From: Acidimicrobiales bacterium
GTDB lineage: Bacteria > Actinomycetota > Acidimicrobiia > Acidimicrobiales > AC-14
Assembly: GCA_035525375.1 (NCBI GenBank)
Contig: DATLEI010000027.1
Location: forward strand, 2,976 to 66,975
Direction: 5' to 3'
Length of the DNA: 64,000 nucleotides
Shown here in pieces: positions 26,121 to 35,101 of this stretch. How positions within the stretch are numbered: position 1 is the stretch's first letter; each line of letters starts with the position of its first letter. The translations under genes and the position numbers were made by a program. A model generated the notes under the pieces. That model saw only the letters and a list, made by a program, of their open reading frames with translations, was not told the DNA's origin and made no database searches.

Positions 26121-28763
26121 ATGACCACCTCTGCCGCCGACCTGCGCCGCGCCTTCACCGACTTCTTCGTCGCGCGCGCCCACACTCTGGTTCCGTCGTC
26201 GGGGCTGATCCCACACCACCCGCTGGCGCCCCTGTTCACCAATGCTGGCATGAACCAGTTTCTGCCCTACCTCCTCGGCGAAGAGCCGCCACCTTGGCCT
26301 CGCGCCACATCGGTGCAGAAGTGTGTTCGGATTCGTGGCAAGCACGACGACATCGAGATCATTGGGCGCACGTCGCGCCACCTCACCTTCTTCGAGATGC
26401 TCGGCAATTTCAGTTTCGGCGACTACTTCAAAGAGTCGGCAATTCCCTGGCACTGGGAACTGCTCACCGAGGTGCTGGGGATCGAAGCTGATCGCCTGTG
26501 GGTCACCGTGTACCTCGACGATGACGAGACCGCTGAGATCTGGCGCGATGCGGTCGGTGTTCCCCCCGACCGCATCCAGCGCTTGGGCGAGGACAACTTC
26601 TGGGAGATGGCGGAGACCGGCCCGTGCGGTCCGTCGTCGGAGATCTTCTTCGACAAGGGTCCGGAACACGGCGAGGACGGCGGCCCACTGCACGGTGGTG
26701 AGGAGAGGTTCGTCGAGATTGCCAACCTGGTCTTCCTGCAGTACGAGCGCCAGCGGGGCGGCGCGCTCGAGCCTCTCCCGCGACGCAACATCGACACCGG
26801 GTCCGGACTCGACCGAATTCTCCCCGTGATGCAGGGGGTCGACTCGGTCTTCGACACCGACGTCCTGAAGCCGGTTGTCGACGCTGCCGCTCGAGTGACC
26901 GGGCGCCGGTACGGCGACGATGAAGTCGCCGATGTTGCGCTGCGGATCCTTGCTGACCACGCCCGGTCCATGACCTTCCTCGTCTCCGACGGCGTCTTCC
27001 CGTCCAACGAAGACCGGGGCTACGTGCTGCGGCGCATCATCCGGCGCGCCGTGCGCCACGCCTTCGCCCTCGGGGTGGAACGGGAGGTATCGCCGACGCT
27101 CGTCGAGGCCACTGTTGACGTCATGGGCGACGCCTACCCCGAGCTGGTCAAGAACCGTGACTTCGTGCTCGGTGTCGTCACCCGGGAGGAAGCCAAGTTC
27201 CGTCAGACACTCCGTTCAGGGTCGGCGATCCTCGACGAGGAGCTCACAGGAGTACGCGCCGGTAACAGTTCCGGAGGGGCCGCGGGCGCTGACCGGCCCA
27301 CCCTCTCCGGGAGCGTGGCGTTCCGCCTCCATGACACCTTCGGATTCCCGCTCGAACTCACCCTAGAGGTCGCCGGCGAACACGGCGTAGAGGTGGACCG
27401 CGCCGGCTTCGACGAGGAGATGGAGACCCAACGCCGGCGCGCGCGCGCCGCGCAGGCGGGTGGGGGAGCCGAGACCGATCCGGCGCGCGCCGCTTCCTAC
27501 CGCGACCTCCTGGAGCAATTCGGTCCCACGGAGTTCACCGGTTACGTCGAGTCGGAGAGCCAGGCGCGAGTAGTCGCCGTTTTGGAGCAGGCGGGCAACA
27601 TTGAGATCTTCCTCGACCGCACGCCCTTCTACGCCGAGTCCGGGGGCCAGCTCGGCGATACCGGCATCGTCCACACCGACACGGGAACCGCACAGGTCGT
27701 GGACACCACCTACGCCCTTCCCGGCCTCCGCCGCCACCTGGCGGTCGTCACCCAGGGTCACATCACGACCGGCCAGGTTGCGACCGCCAGCATCGACGCC
27801 GACCGCCGCGAGGCGATCAGGCGGAACCACACTGGCACCCACATCCTGCACTGGGCACTGCGGGAAGTGTTGGGCGAGCACGTCAAGCAGGCGGGCTCAC
27901 TCGTCGCTCCTGACCGGCTCCGCTTCGACTTCAGCCATTACGGCCCGGTGACGCCCGAGGAGCTTGTCGCGGTCGAGGACGCGGCCAATGCCGAGGTGAT
28001 TGCCAATCAACCGGTCAGGGCGTACGAGACGACCCAAGAGGAGGCGTTGCGGCTCGGAGCCATCGCATTCTTCGGTGAGAAGTACGGCGATGTCGTACGC
28101 GTCGTTGAAGCCGGCCGTCGTTCGGTCGAGCTGTGCGGCGGCACCCACGTCGGCGCCCTCGGCACGATCGGCCCGATCAAGATCGTCTCTGAGGGATCGA
28201 TCGGATCGAACCTACGTCGGATCGAGGCCGTCACGGGAACCGGCAGCCTCCAACGCATTCGGGAGGAGGAGCAGATCCTCGGACGCGCCGCCACCCTGTT
28301 GCGGGTGGCGCCCCCTGAGGTGCCAGAGCGAGTCGAGCATGTGCTCGGCGAGAACCGGGAACTGGCCGATCGGTTGAAGGCCCTTCGCCGCCAGCAGGCG
28401 AGCGATACCGCCAGATCTCTTGTCGGCGCCGCTACCGACGGCGTCATCGTCGCTCGGGTCGACGGCACCTCGCGCCAGGATCTCCAAGACCTCGCGGTCG
28501 CGGTACGAGACCAGCCCGACGTGCGGGCGGTCGTGCTCGGCAGCGTCCCTGAAGCAGGGGGCGTGACGCTCGTAGCTGCAGTCGCGAAGGGCAGTGGTCT
28601 GGTGGCCTCCGACCTCATCGCTGACGCTGCTCGCACCGTTGGCGGGGGTGGCGGCAAGAGCCCCGAAATCGCCGTTGCCGGTGGACGTGACCCGAGTCGT
28701 CTCGACGAGGCCCTCGATCAGGCGCGGCGCGCCGCCAGTGCCGCGTCAGCTGACGACGCATGA
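26121..28763 (+). CDS. alaS: Alanine--tRNA ligase
   Basis: ORF track 880 aa. FTNAGMNQF, HLTFFEMLGNFSFGDYFK, the editing domain HTGTHILHWALREVLG...GGTHV and a C-terminal DHHA1-like region are present. Confidence 0.97.
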   Translation: MTTSAADLRRAFTDFFVARAHTLVPSSGLIPHHPLAPLFTNAGMNQFLPYLLGEEPPPWPRATSVQKCVRIRGKHDDIEIIGRTSRHLTFFEMLGNFSFGDYFKESAIPWHWELLTEVLGIEADRLWVTVYLDDDETAEIWRDAVGVPPDRIQRLGEDNFWEMAETGPCGPSSEIFFDKGPEHGEDGGPLHGGEERFVEIANLVFLQYERQRGGALEPLPRRNIDTGSGLDRILPVMQGVDSVFDTDVLKPVVDAAARVTGRRYGDDEVADVALRILADHARSMTFLVSDGVFPSNEDRGYVLRRIIRRAVRHAFALGVEREVSPTLVEATVDVMGDAYPELVKNRDFVLGVVTREEAKFRQTLRSGSAILDEELTGVRAGNSSGGAAGADRPTLSGSVAFRLHDTFGFPLELTLEVAGEHGVEVDRAGFDEEMETQRRRARAAQAGGGAETDPARAASYRDLLEQFGPTEFTGYVESESQARVVAVLEQAGNIEIFLDRTPFYAESGGQLGDTGIVHTDTGTAQVVDTTYALPGLRRHLAVVTQGHITTGQVATASIDADRREAIRRNHTGTHILHWALREVLGEHVKQAGSLVAPDRLRFDFSHYGPVTPEELVAVEDAANAEVIANQPVRAYETTQEEALRLGAIAFFGEKYGDVVRVVEAGRRSVELCGGTHVGALGTIGPIKIVSEGSIGSNLRRIEAVTGTGSLQRIREEEQILGRAATLLRVAPPEVPERVEHVLGENRELADRLKALRRQQASDTARSLVGAATDGVIVARVDGTSRQDLQDLAVAVRDQPDVRAVVLGSVPEAGGVTLVAAVAKGSGLVASDLIADAARTVGGGGGKSPEIAVAGGRDPSRLDEALDQARRAASAASADDA

Positions 28764-29182
28764 GAGTGGTCGGTATCGACCTCGGCACCCGCCGCATTGG
28801 TGTCGCAGTCAGCGACTCGGGCCGCACGGTCGCCACTCCCCATACGGTCATCGACCGTTCGGGCGACGACCGCGCTGATTGGGCCGCGATCGGAGCCGTT
28901 GTGCGAAACCTCGGCGCGGAGTTGCTGGTCGTGGGTCTTCCGCTCTCGCTCGATGGATCAAGAGGCCCGGCTGCGACGCGCGCCGAAGGCGAGGCCATCG
29001 CGCTGGAGGCCGCCACCGGCATTCCCGTCGAGTTGCACGATGAGCGCCTTACGACCGTTGCCGCAACACGCGCGCCGCGCCAGCAGTCCCGAAAGGGAAA
29101 GCGGCGGATCGTCGACGACGCCGCCGCCAGTCTGATTTTGCAGTCCTGGCTCGACGTCAACGGGGTACGAAAGGTTCCATGA
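28760..29182 (+). CDS. ruvX: Holliday junction resolvase-like nuclease RuvX (YqgF)
   Basis: ORF track 140 aa, ATGA overlap with alaS. MRVVGIDLGTRRIGVAVSD...VVGLPLSLDG...DERLTTV. Confidence 0.93.
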   Translation: MRVVGIDLGTRRIGVAVSDSGRTVATPHTVIDRSGDDRADWAAIGAVVRNLGAELLVVGLPLSLDGSRGPAATRAEGEAIALEAATGIPVELHDERLTTVAATRAPRQQSRKGKRRIVDDAAASLILQSWLDVNGVRKVP

Positions 29183-30255
29183 GCGTGGACACCGCCTTTG
29201 ACATTGAACACAACGACATGCCACCGGAGCGCTCTCGGCGCCCGCGTTGGGTGCTCGTCCTCCTCGGCATCCTCGCCGTGGCGGTCATTTTCGGGGCACT
29301 GGTCGTGTCGTGGGTGCGGGGCCAGATCAACCCTTCCGGTCCTCCGGGCAAAGAGGTGCAGATCACGGTGACCAAGGGAATGTCGACGGATTCTCTGGCT
29401 TCCTTGCTCGAGCGCGAGGGAGTCATCAAGAACGCGACCGTGTTCACGTACTACGCCCGTTTCAACGGCGCCGACGCCATCAAGGCCGGCGACTTCACCT
29501 TCCGCGCCAACTCCGATCTGGGTGAGGTCGTCAAGGTGCTCGATGCCGGGCCCAAGGTCGAGATCGACAGGATCACCATCCCCGAGGGCCTGACCCTGAA
29601 GGAGACCGCGGCCAAAGTGGCCACCCTTCCAGGACGTACGGCCGAGCGCTTTCTCGCCCTTGCCACCGACGGCACCATCCGGTCGCGTTATCAGCGGGCA
29701 GGCTCGAACAACCTCGAGGGTTATCTGATGCCCGAGACCTACTTCATCGATCGCAAGGACGACGAGGCCCGGATCTTGACTCGAATGGTGTCCGCGTTCG
29801 ACGACACTGCCGCACAACTCGACATCGCTGGCGGCGCGGCGAAGTTGGGTGTCACCCCCGACCAGGTCGTTGTCGTTGCCTCGCTCGTCGAACGCGAAGC
29901 CCGCGTTGACGAGGACAGAGCCAAGATCGCCCGGGTGATCTACAACCGCCTGGCCAGGAAGATGCCGTTGCAGATCGACGCGACCGTTCAGTACGCCCTC
30001 GGCGAGCAGAAGGCTCGTCTGCTCAACAGAGACCTGGAGATCAACTCGCCATACAACACCTACAAGGTGAGCGGGCTACCGCCAGGACCAATCGCCTCGC
30101 CCGGTCGCGAGTCGTTGGAGGCGGCCCTCAACCCCGCCGCCGGCAACTGGCTCTACTACGTGCTGGCCGACGCCAATGGCCGGCACAACTTCGCCGAGAC
30201 GTCGGCGCAGTTCGAGAAGTTCAAGGCCGAGGCCAAGGCGAAGGGCCTTCTCTGA
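29179..30255 (+). CDS. mltG: Endolytic murein transglycosylase MltG (YceG)
   Basis: ORF track 358 aa, ATGA overlap with ruvX. It has an N-terminal TM, then the YceG core (ASLVEREA...IARVIYNRL...LQIDATVQYAL...SPYNTYKVSGLPPGPIASPG). Confidence 0.93.
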   Translation: MSVDTAFDIEHNDMPPERSRRPRWVLVLLGILAVAVIFGALVVSWVRGQINPSGPPGKEVQITVTKGMSTDSLASLLEREGVIKNATVFTYYARFNGADAIKAGDFTFRANSDLGEVVKVLDAGPKVEIDRITIPEGLTLKETAAKVATLPGRTAERFLALATDGTIRSRYQRAGSNNLEGYLMPETYFIDRKDDEARILTRMVSAFDDTAAQLDIAGGAAKLGVTPDQVVVVASLVEREARVDEDRAKIARVIYNRLARKMPLQIDATVQYALGEQKARLLNRDLEINSPYNTYKVSGLPPGPIASPGRESLEAALNPAAGNWLYYVLADANGRHNFAETSAQFEKFKAEAKAKGLL

Positions 30256-31115
30256 GATTTCAGTGGGACGGTCTTGGGCGGACGGAGAGTGGCAATCGTC
30301 TCGTCGCGGTCATCGGTAGTCCGATCAGCCATTCCTTGTCACCGACAATCTTCAACGCTGCCTTCGAGTCGCTGTCGCTGGACTTGGAATACGTCGCCGT
30401 CGAGGTACCTCCCGGGCGGGCCGAAGAAGCCATCGACGAGGCCCGCGCCCTTGGCGTTATGGGCCTCTCCGTGACGATGCCGCACAAGGCGTCCGTGCTG
30501 CCTGCGCTGGACCGGCTCTCGGCCGCTGCGGAAGCCCTGGGCGCGGTGAACACAGTCCTGCGCGTCGGTGACGAACTGGTCGGCGACAACACCGACGGCC
30601 CCGGGTTCCTCGACGCCCTGGCGGCTGATGAGGGGTTCGATCCAGCCGGACGGCGCTGCGTTGTCTTTGGCGCCGGCGGCGCGGCCCGCGCCGTCATCCT
30701 GGCGCTCGCCGCCGCCGGCGCGGCTGAAGTCTCGGTCGTCAATCGGAACGCCGAGCACGCGGAGGTTGCCGTGCTGCTTGCCGGAGCCGTGGGACGTATC
30801 GGTGAGCCAGCCGACGTCAAGGGTGCCGACCTGATCGTCAACGCAACGCCAATCGGCATGCAAGGCCAACCCGCGGAACCGCTCTTCGAGACGTCGATAC
30901 TGGCCGAAGGCCAGCTCGTGGCCGATCTCGTCTATCACCCGTCGATCACGCCGCTCGTAGCCGAAGCCCGATCGAGAGGGGCTCGGGCCGTCAACGGCCT
31001 CGGCATGCTGATCCACCAGGCAGGACACTCGTTTCAGCTGTGGACGGGCCAGCCGCCCCCGCTGTCGGTGATGTCAGCGGCCGCAGTCTCCGCACTACGC
31101 CGCGACGGCCGTTGA
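30252..31115 (+). CDS. aroE: Shikimate dehydrogenase
   Basis: The ORF track starts at TTG 30336 (MSPTIFNAAF...). The same frame upstream encodes NRLVAVIGSPISHSL, which completes the conserved GSPIxHSxSP substrate motif. No ATG/GTG/TTG lies upstream in frame. CTG 30252 forms a CTGA overlap with the mltG stop (30253-30255). The stop is certain and the start is inferred. Confidence 0.88.
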   Translation: MRFQWDGLGRTESGNRLVAVIGSPISHSLSPTIFNAAFESLSLDLEYVAVEVPPGRAEEAIDEARALGVMGLSVTMPHKASVLPALDRLSAAAEALGAVNTVLRVGDELVGDNTDGPGFLDALAADEGFDPAGRRCVVFGAGGAARAVILALAAAGAAEVSVVNRNAEHAEVAVLLAGAVGRIGEPADVKGADLIVNATPIGMQGQPAEPLFETSILAEGQLVADLVYHPSITPLVAEARSRGARAVNGLGMLIHQAGHSFQLWTGQPPPLSVMSAAAVSALRRDGR

Positions 31116-31771
31116 TCGTCGCTGGGGCAGTCCTCTGCGGGCTCCTCGGTCTCGGCGTTGGAGTCTTCCTCAACCGCGCCATAGACCACTGGTGCAAGTC
31201 GGGCGCGCTGGCGCGCTACGTGGTCGTCGACATTCTGACCGCGAGCCTGTTCGCCGCCACCGTCTTTCGCTTCGGTGATTTCGATGACGCCGCAATCCCG
31301 GCGTACCTGGTGTTCTTTGCGTCGCTCGTCGCCGTGAGTGTGATCGACTTCGACCTGCGTATCATTCCCAACCGCATCGTCTACCCGACGATCTTTGCCG
31401 CCATCCCGCTGCTTGCCCTCGCGGCCGCCATCAATGGCGACTTCGAACCGCTCAAGAACGCCCTTCTCGGCGGCGTGTTCGCGTTCGCGGCGCTGTTCGT
31501 CATTCATCTCATCTCGCCGGCCGGGATGGGGTTCGGCGACGTGCGGCTGTCGTTCATCCTCGGGCTGTTCCTCGGTTGGCTCAGCCTGCAACACGTGCTC
31601 GTCGGGATCTTCCTCGGCTTTCTGCTCGGCGCGTTCATTGGGCTCGCATTGGTCGTCACCCGCCTTCGATCCCGAAAGGATGCGATCCCGTTCGGGCCCT
31701 TTCTCGCCGGTGGCGCCGCCCTCGCTGTCTTTGTCGGATCGCCGCTCATCGACTGGTGGCTGCACTCCTGA
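31112..31771 (+). CDS. A24 family prepilin (type IV leader) peptidase, peptidase domain only
   Basis: Part of ORF 31040-31771. TTG 31112 forms a TTGA overlap with the aroE stop. It is polytopic, with the two catalytic-Asp contexts VSVIDFDLRIIPN and GMGFGDVRLSF, plus IPFGPFLAGGA. It has no N-terminal Cys-rich/methyltransferase region. Confidence 0.85.
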   Translation: MIVAGAVLCGLLGLGVGVFLNRAIDHWCKSGALARYVVVDILTASLFAATVFRFGDFDDAAIPAYLVFFASLVAVSVIDFDLRIIPNRIVYPTIFAAIPLLALAAAINGDFEPLKNALLGGVFAFAALFVIHLISPAGMGFGDVRLSFILGLFLGWLSLQHVLVGIFLGFLLGAFIGLALVVTRLRSRKDAIPFGPFLAGGAALAVFVGSPLIDWWLHS

Positions 31772-31810
31772 CGCCGGGGGCAAAGGCGCGGTCCCGGGTA
31801 GATTGACTAT

Positions 31811-32965
31811 GTGCTCCGCTTCCTGACCGCAGGTGAATCGCACGGTCGCGCCCTCATCGTCACCATCGAGGGTCTTCCGGCAGGCCTGCCTGTACGTGCC
31901 GAGGAGATCCAAGACGAGCTGGCCCGCCGCCGACTCGGCTTCGGGCGGGGCCCGAGGATGCGCTTCGAGAAGGACACACTGACGATTGTCGGCGGGGTTC
32001 GTCACGGTCGCACCCTCGGTTCGCCCGTCTCCATAGAGATTGCGAACACCGAGTGGCCGAAGTGGGAGAAGGAGATGGATCCCGCGCCGGGCCACACCGA
32101 GAAGCCGCTGACCCGACCGCGCCCTGGCCACGCCGATCTCGCCGGCATGCAGAAGTACGGATTTGACGACGCTCGTGACGTGCTCGAGCGGGCCTCGGCG
32201 CGCGAAACGGCAGCCCGAGTGGCGGCCGGCGCCCTGGCCAAGGGCCTCCTGCGTCGGATCGGCATCCAGATCCTGTCCCACGTCGTGCAGATGGGACCGG
32301 TCGTGTCGAAGTCCACTCGGCGACCTGAGCCGGCCGATCAGGCCCAAGTCGATGAGTCGCCCGTGCGGTGCTTCGACCCTGAGGCTGAAGCGGCGATGAT
32401 CGCCGAGATCCAGGCCGCGGCCAAGGCGGGCGACTCCCTAGGAGGCATCGTCGAGGTCTTGGCCTACGGCGTCCCCGTCGGCCTCGGGAGCCATGTGCAC
32501 TGGGACCGTCGGCTCGACGCCCTACTGGCTCAGGCGCTGGTCAGCATCCCGGCGGTCAAGGCGGTCGAGCTCGGGGAGGGCTTCGACGTGGCCGCCCGAC
32601 GGGGCTCAGAGGCGCACGACGCGATCCTTTGGGACACCGAGGACGGCACCTACCGTAGAGCTACATCCAGGGCCGGTGGCATCGAGGGAGGCATGTCGAC
32701 GGGTGACATCCTCGTGGCCCGTGCCGCCATGAAACCTCTCTCTACGTTGAACCGCCCCGTCCTTCGCACAATCGACACCGAGACCAAGGAAGAAACGGTC
32801 TCGTTCAAGGAGCGCACCGACGTCACTGCTGTCCCTGCGATGGGGATCGTCGCCGAGACGATGGTGGCTCTGGTGCTGGCGTCGGAGGCGCTGCGAAAGT
32901 TCGGGGGGGATTCGGTGGAGGAGGTCGTGCGCAATCGCGACGGCTTCCTCGACTCCCTCACCTAG
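31811..32965 (+). CDS. aroC: Chorismate synthase
   Basis: ORF track 384 aa, GTG start. MLRFLTAGESHGRAL...RPGHADLAG..., SARETAARVAAGA. Confidence 0.96.
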   Translation: MLRFLTAGESHGRALIVTIEGLPAGLPVRAEEIQDELARRRLGFGRGPRMRFEKDTLTIVGGVRHGRTLGSPVSIEIANTEWPKWEKEMDPAPGHTEKPLTRPRPGHADLAGMQKYGFDDARDVLERASARETAARVAAGALAKGLLRRIGIQILSHVVQMGPVVSKSTRRPEPADQAQVDESPVRCFDPEAEAAMIAEIQAAAKAGDSLGGIVEVLAYGVPVGLGSHVHWDRRLDALLAQALVSIPAVKAVELGEGFDVAARRGSEAHDAILWDTEDGTYRRATSRAGGIEGGMSTGDILVARAAMKPLSTLNRPVLRTIDTETKEETVSFKERTDVTAVPAMGIVAETMVALVLASEALRKFGGDSVEEVVRNRDGFLDSLT

Positions 32966-32967
32966 GC

Positions 32968-33492
32968 GTGGGCCACATCGTGCTCGTGGGGATGATGGGA
33001 GCGGGGAAGACGACGATCGGCCGCGCTCTGGCCCGCAACCGTGGTTGGGCGTTCATCGACAGCGATGCTCAGGTGGAGGCGCGCGCCGGCAGGACAGTTG
33101 CCGAGATCTGGGCTGCCGAAGGCGAGCAAGAGTTCCGCACGCTGGAGTCCGCTGTGTTGCTGGAAGCGCTGGCGGCCGACGCGCCGGCGGTGATTGCGGC
33201 CGCTGGGGGCACGGTGCTCGACCGCAACAACTCGGATTTGCTTCGTTCACACCGTCCCGTCGTCTGGTTGCGGGCCGATTCCGGCACACTGGTCCAGCGT
33301 CTTGGTGAGGGGTTGGGTCGCCCGTTGCTTGTCACCGAGCCCGCGGCGGCCTTGAGGCGCCTTGCCGCTGAACGGGAGCCGCTGTACGCGCAGGTCGCCG
33401 ACGTCACCATCGATGTCGACCTCATGGAGCCGGAGCGGGTTGTCGAGTTGATTGAGGAAGCGCTCGGCATCGACGGGGCCCCCAACTCGTGA
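32968..33492 (+). CDS. aroK: Shikimate kinase
   Basis: ORF track 174 aa. The P-loop is VGMMGAGKTTIGRALA, followed by FIDSDAQVE...FRTLE. Confidence 0.94.
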   Translation: MGHIVLVGMMGAGKTTIGRALARNRGWAFIDSDAQVEARAGRTVAEIWAAEGEQEFRTLESAVLLEALAADAPAVIAAAGGTVLDRNNSDLLRSHRPVVWLRADSGTLVQRLGEGLGRPLLVTEPAAALRRLAAEREPLYAQVADVTIDVDLMEPERVVELIEEALGIDGAPNS

Positions 33493-34514
33493 TCACGGTT
33501 TCCGTGCCACTGGAGGGCAAGGCGTACGACGTGCTCGTCGGCGCCGGCGCTCGCCATCGCCTGGCCGAGGTTTTGCCGATTGGCGCGCGACGAGCGGCGA
33601 TCGTCACCCAGGAAGCGATCGGCATGCCGGTCGATAGCGGTGTCGAGCAGCGCACCTTCACCATCGACGGCGGCGAGGAGGCCAAGTGCCTCGAGACAAT
33701 CGAGGAGCTGTGCCGGGGATTTGCGCGGTGGGGGCTCACCCGGGCTGATGTCGTCGTCGCCGTGGGTGGGGGAGTCGTCACCGATGCGGCCGGCTTCGCC
33801 GCCGCCGTGTACCACCGAGGCGTTCCCGTTGTGCACGTTGCAACGACACTCCTCGCTCAGGTCGACGCGGCCATCGGCGGGAAGACCGGTGTGAACTTGC
33901 GCGAGGGGAAGAACCTCGTGGGCGCGATCTGGCAACCGGCGGCCGTGCTCTGCGATACCGAGGTCCTCGAAACCCTGCCCCCCGAGGAATACCGCAGCGG
34001 ACTCGGCGAGATGGCGAAGTACCACTTCCTGGCGTCCGGTCCCGATCTGGCCGATCTCCCACTCGACGAGCGGGTGGCGCGCTGTGTCGAGATCAAGGCC
34101 GAGTTCGTCTGTGCTGACGAACGCGAGGCGATACGACCTCAGCCCGGGTCACGACGGAGCCGGGCGATTCTCAACTACGGGCACACCCTGGCGCACGCAC
34201 TCGAGACCGCGGACAACTACGAACTCCGTCACGGCGAGGCTGTCGCCATCGGGCTCGTCTTTGCGGCTCGGCTTGCACGGCGCCTTGGCCGCATTGACGA
34301 GGCGCGGGTCGAGGAACATCTGCGGGTGGTGCGGGCCTACGATCTTCCCGACAGCATCCTGCCTGGCCACGACCCCGGCCGGCTCATCGACCTTATGGCA
34401 CATGACAAGAAAGCGGTCGATGGATTCACCTTCGTGCTCGACGGGCCCCGCGGCGTTGAAGTCGTCGCGGGCATCGGCCGCGAAGCCATAGAAGCCACTC
34501 TGGAGGATATGTAA
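33489..34514 (+). CDS. aroB: 3-dehydroquinate synthase
   Basis: ORF track 341 aa, GTGA overlap with aroK. VAVGGGVVTDAAGFAAAVYHRGVPVVHVATTLLAQVDAAIGGKTGVN and YGHTLAHALE are present. Confidence 0.95.
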   Translation: MITVSVPLEGKAYDVLVGAGARHRLAEVLPIGARRAAIVTQEAIGMPVDSGVEQRTFTIDGGEEAKCLETIEELCRGFARWGLTRADVVVAVGGGVVTDAAGFAAAVYHRGVPVVHVATTLLAQVDAAIGGKTGVNLREGKNLVGAIWQPAAVLCDTEVLETLPPEEYRSGLGEMAKYHFLASGPDLADLPLDERVARCVEIKAEFVCADEREAIRPQPGSRRSRAILNYGHTLAHALETADNYELRHGEAVAIGLVFAARLARRLGRIDEARVEEHLRVVRAYDLPDSILPGHDPGRLIDLMAHDKKAVDGFTFVLDGPRGVEVVAGIGREAIEATLEDM

Positions 34515-35101
34515 TGACCTGGATCAAGACGTCGACCGGCCAGGAGTGGTCGTCTGAGATGCCCGCTGAGGCGCCCGTGACTGAAGAGCCGGTCGATCAC
34601 GAAGCCGCCGCGGTCGAGCCCGAGCCGGAGGCCATGGATGTTGCCGAAGGCGAGAAGCTCATCGCCGGACCGCTCGTTCTCCTGCTCTCAGGGCCGAATC
34701 TCAACCTCCTCGGGGAGCGGGAGCCCGAGATCTACGGCACCGATACCCTCGACGACCACGTCGCCCGGGCTGAGACAGCCGCGGTGGACTACGGGCTCGT
34801 GTTCGAGCACTACCAGTCGAATCACGAGGGTCAGCTCGTGGATGCGGTGCACGGTGCTCGGGAGCGAGCATCGGCGATCATCGTCAACGCCGGCGCGCTG
34901 ACGCACTACGCCTGGTCATTGCACGACGCTCTTGGGTCCTTTGACGGTTACGTCGTCGAGCTACACCTCTCCAACCCCAACGCCCGGGAGCCGTGGCGAC
35001 AGACCTCGGTCATCGCACCGGTGGCCCACGGCACGATCAGCGGGTTCGGCGGCCTGGGTTACGAGCTCGCCATAGAGGCCGTCGCTCGGTTACTCAGCTA
35101 G
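34514..35101 (+). CDS. aroQ: Type II 3-dehydroquinate dehydratase (possible acidic N-terminal extension)
   Basis: ORF track 195 aa. The core is LLLSGPNLNLLGEREPEIYG...HYQSNHEGQLVD...IVNAGALTHY...ELHLSNPNAREPWR. ATG 34514 (TAATG with the aroB stop) adds about 50 Glu/Pro/Ala-rich residues. An alternative internal ATG at 34634 (MDVAEGEKLIAGP...) would give a family-typical length. Confidence 0.9.
   Translation: MTWIKTSTGQEWSSEMPAEAPVTEEPVDHEAAAVEPEPEAMDVAEGEKLIAGPLVLLLSGPNLNLLGEREPEIYGTDTLDDHVARAETAAVDYGLVFEHYQSNHEGQLVDAVHGARERASAIIVNAGALTHYAWSLHDALGSFDGYVVELHLSNPNAREPWRQTSVIAPVAHGTISGFGGLGYELAIEAVARLLS

Noticed and set aside
26010-27059. 349-aa minus-strand ORF
   Set aside because: It is antisense to the catalytic domain of alaS and has no motifs. 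It is a high-GC artefact.
28615-29817. 400-aa minus-strand ORF
   Set aside because: It is antisense to the alaS 3' end, ruvX and mltG. Its composition is biased and there is no independent support.
31034-32347. 437-aa minus-strand ORF
   Set aside because: It is antisense to the prepilin peptidase gene and aroC, and its product is a Gly/Arg/Glu/Asp-rich artefact.
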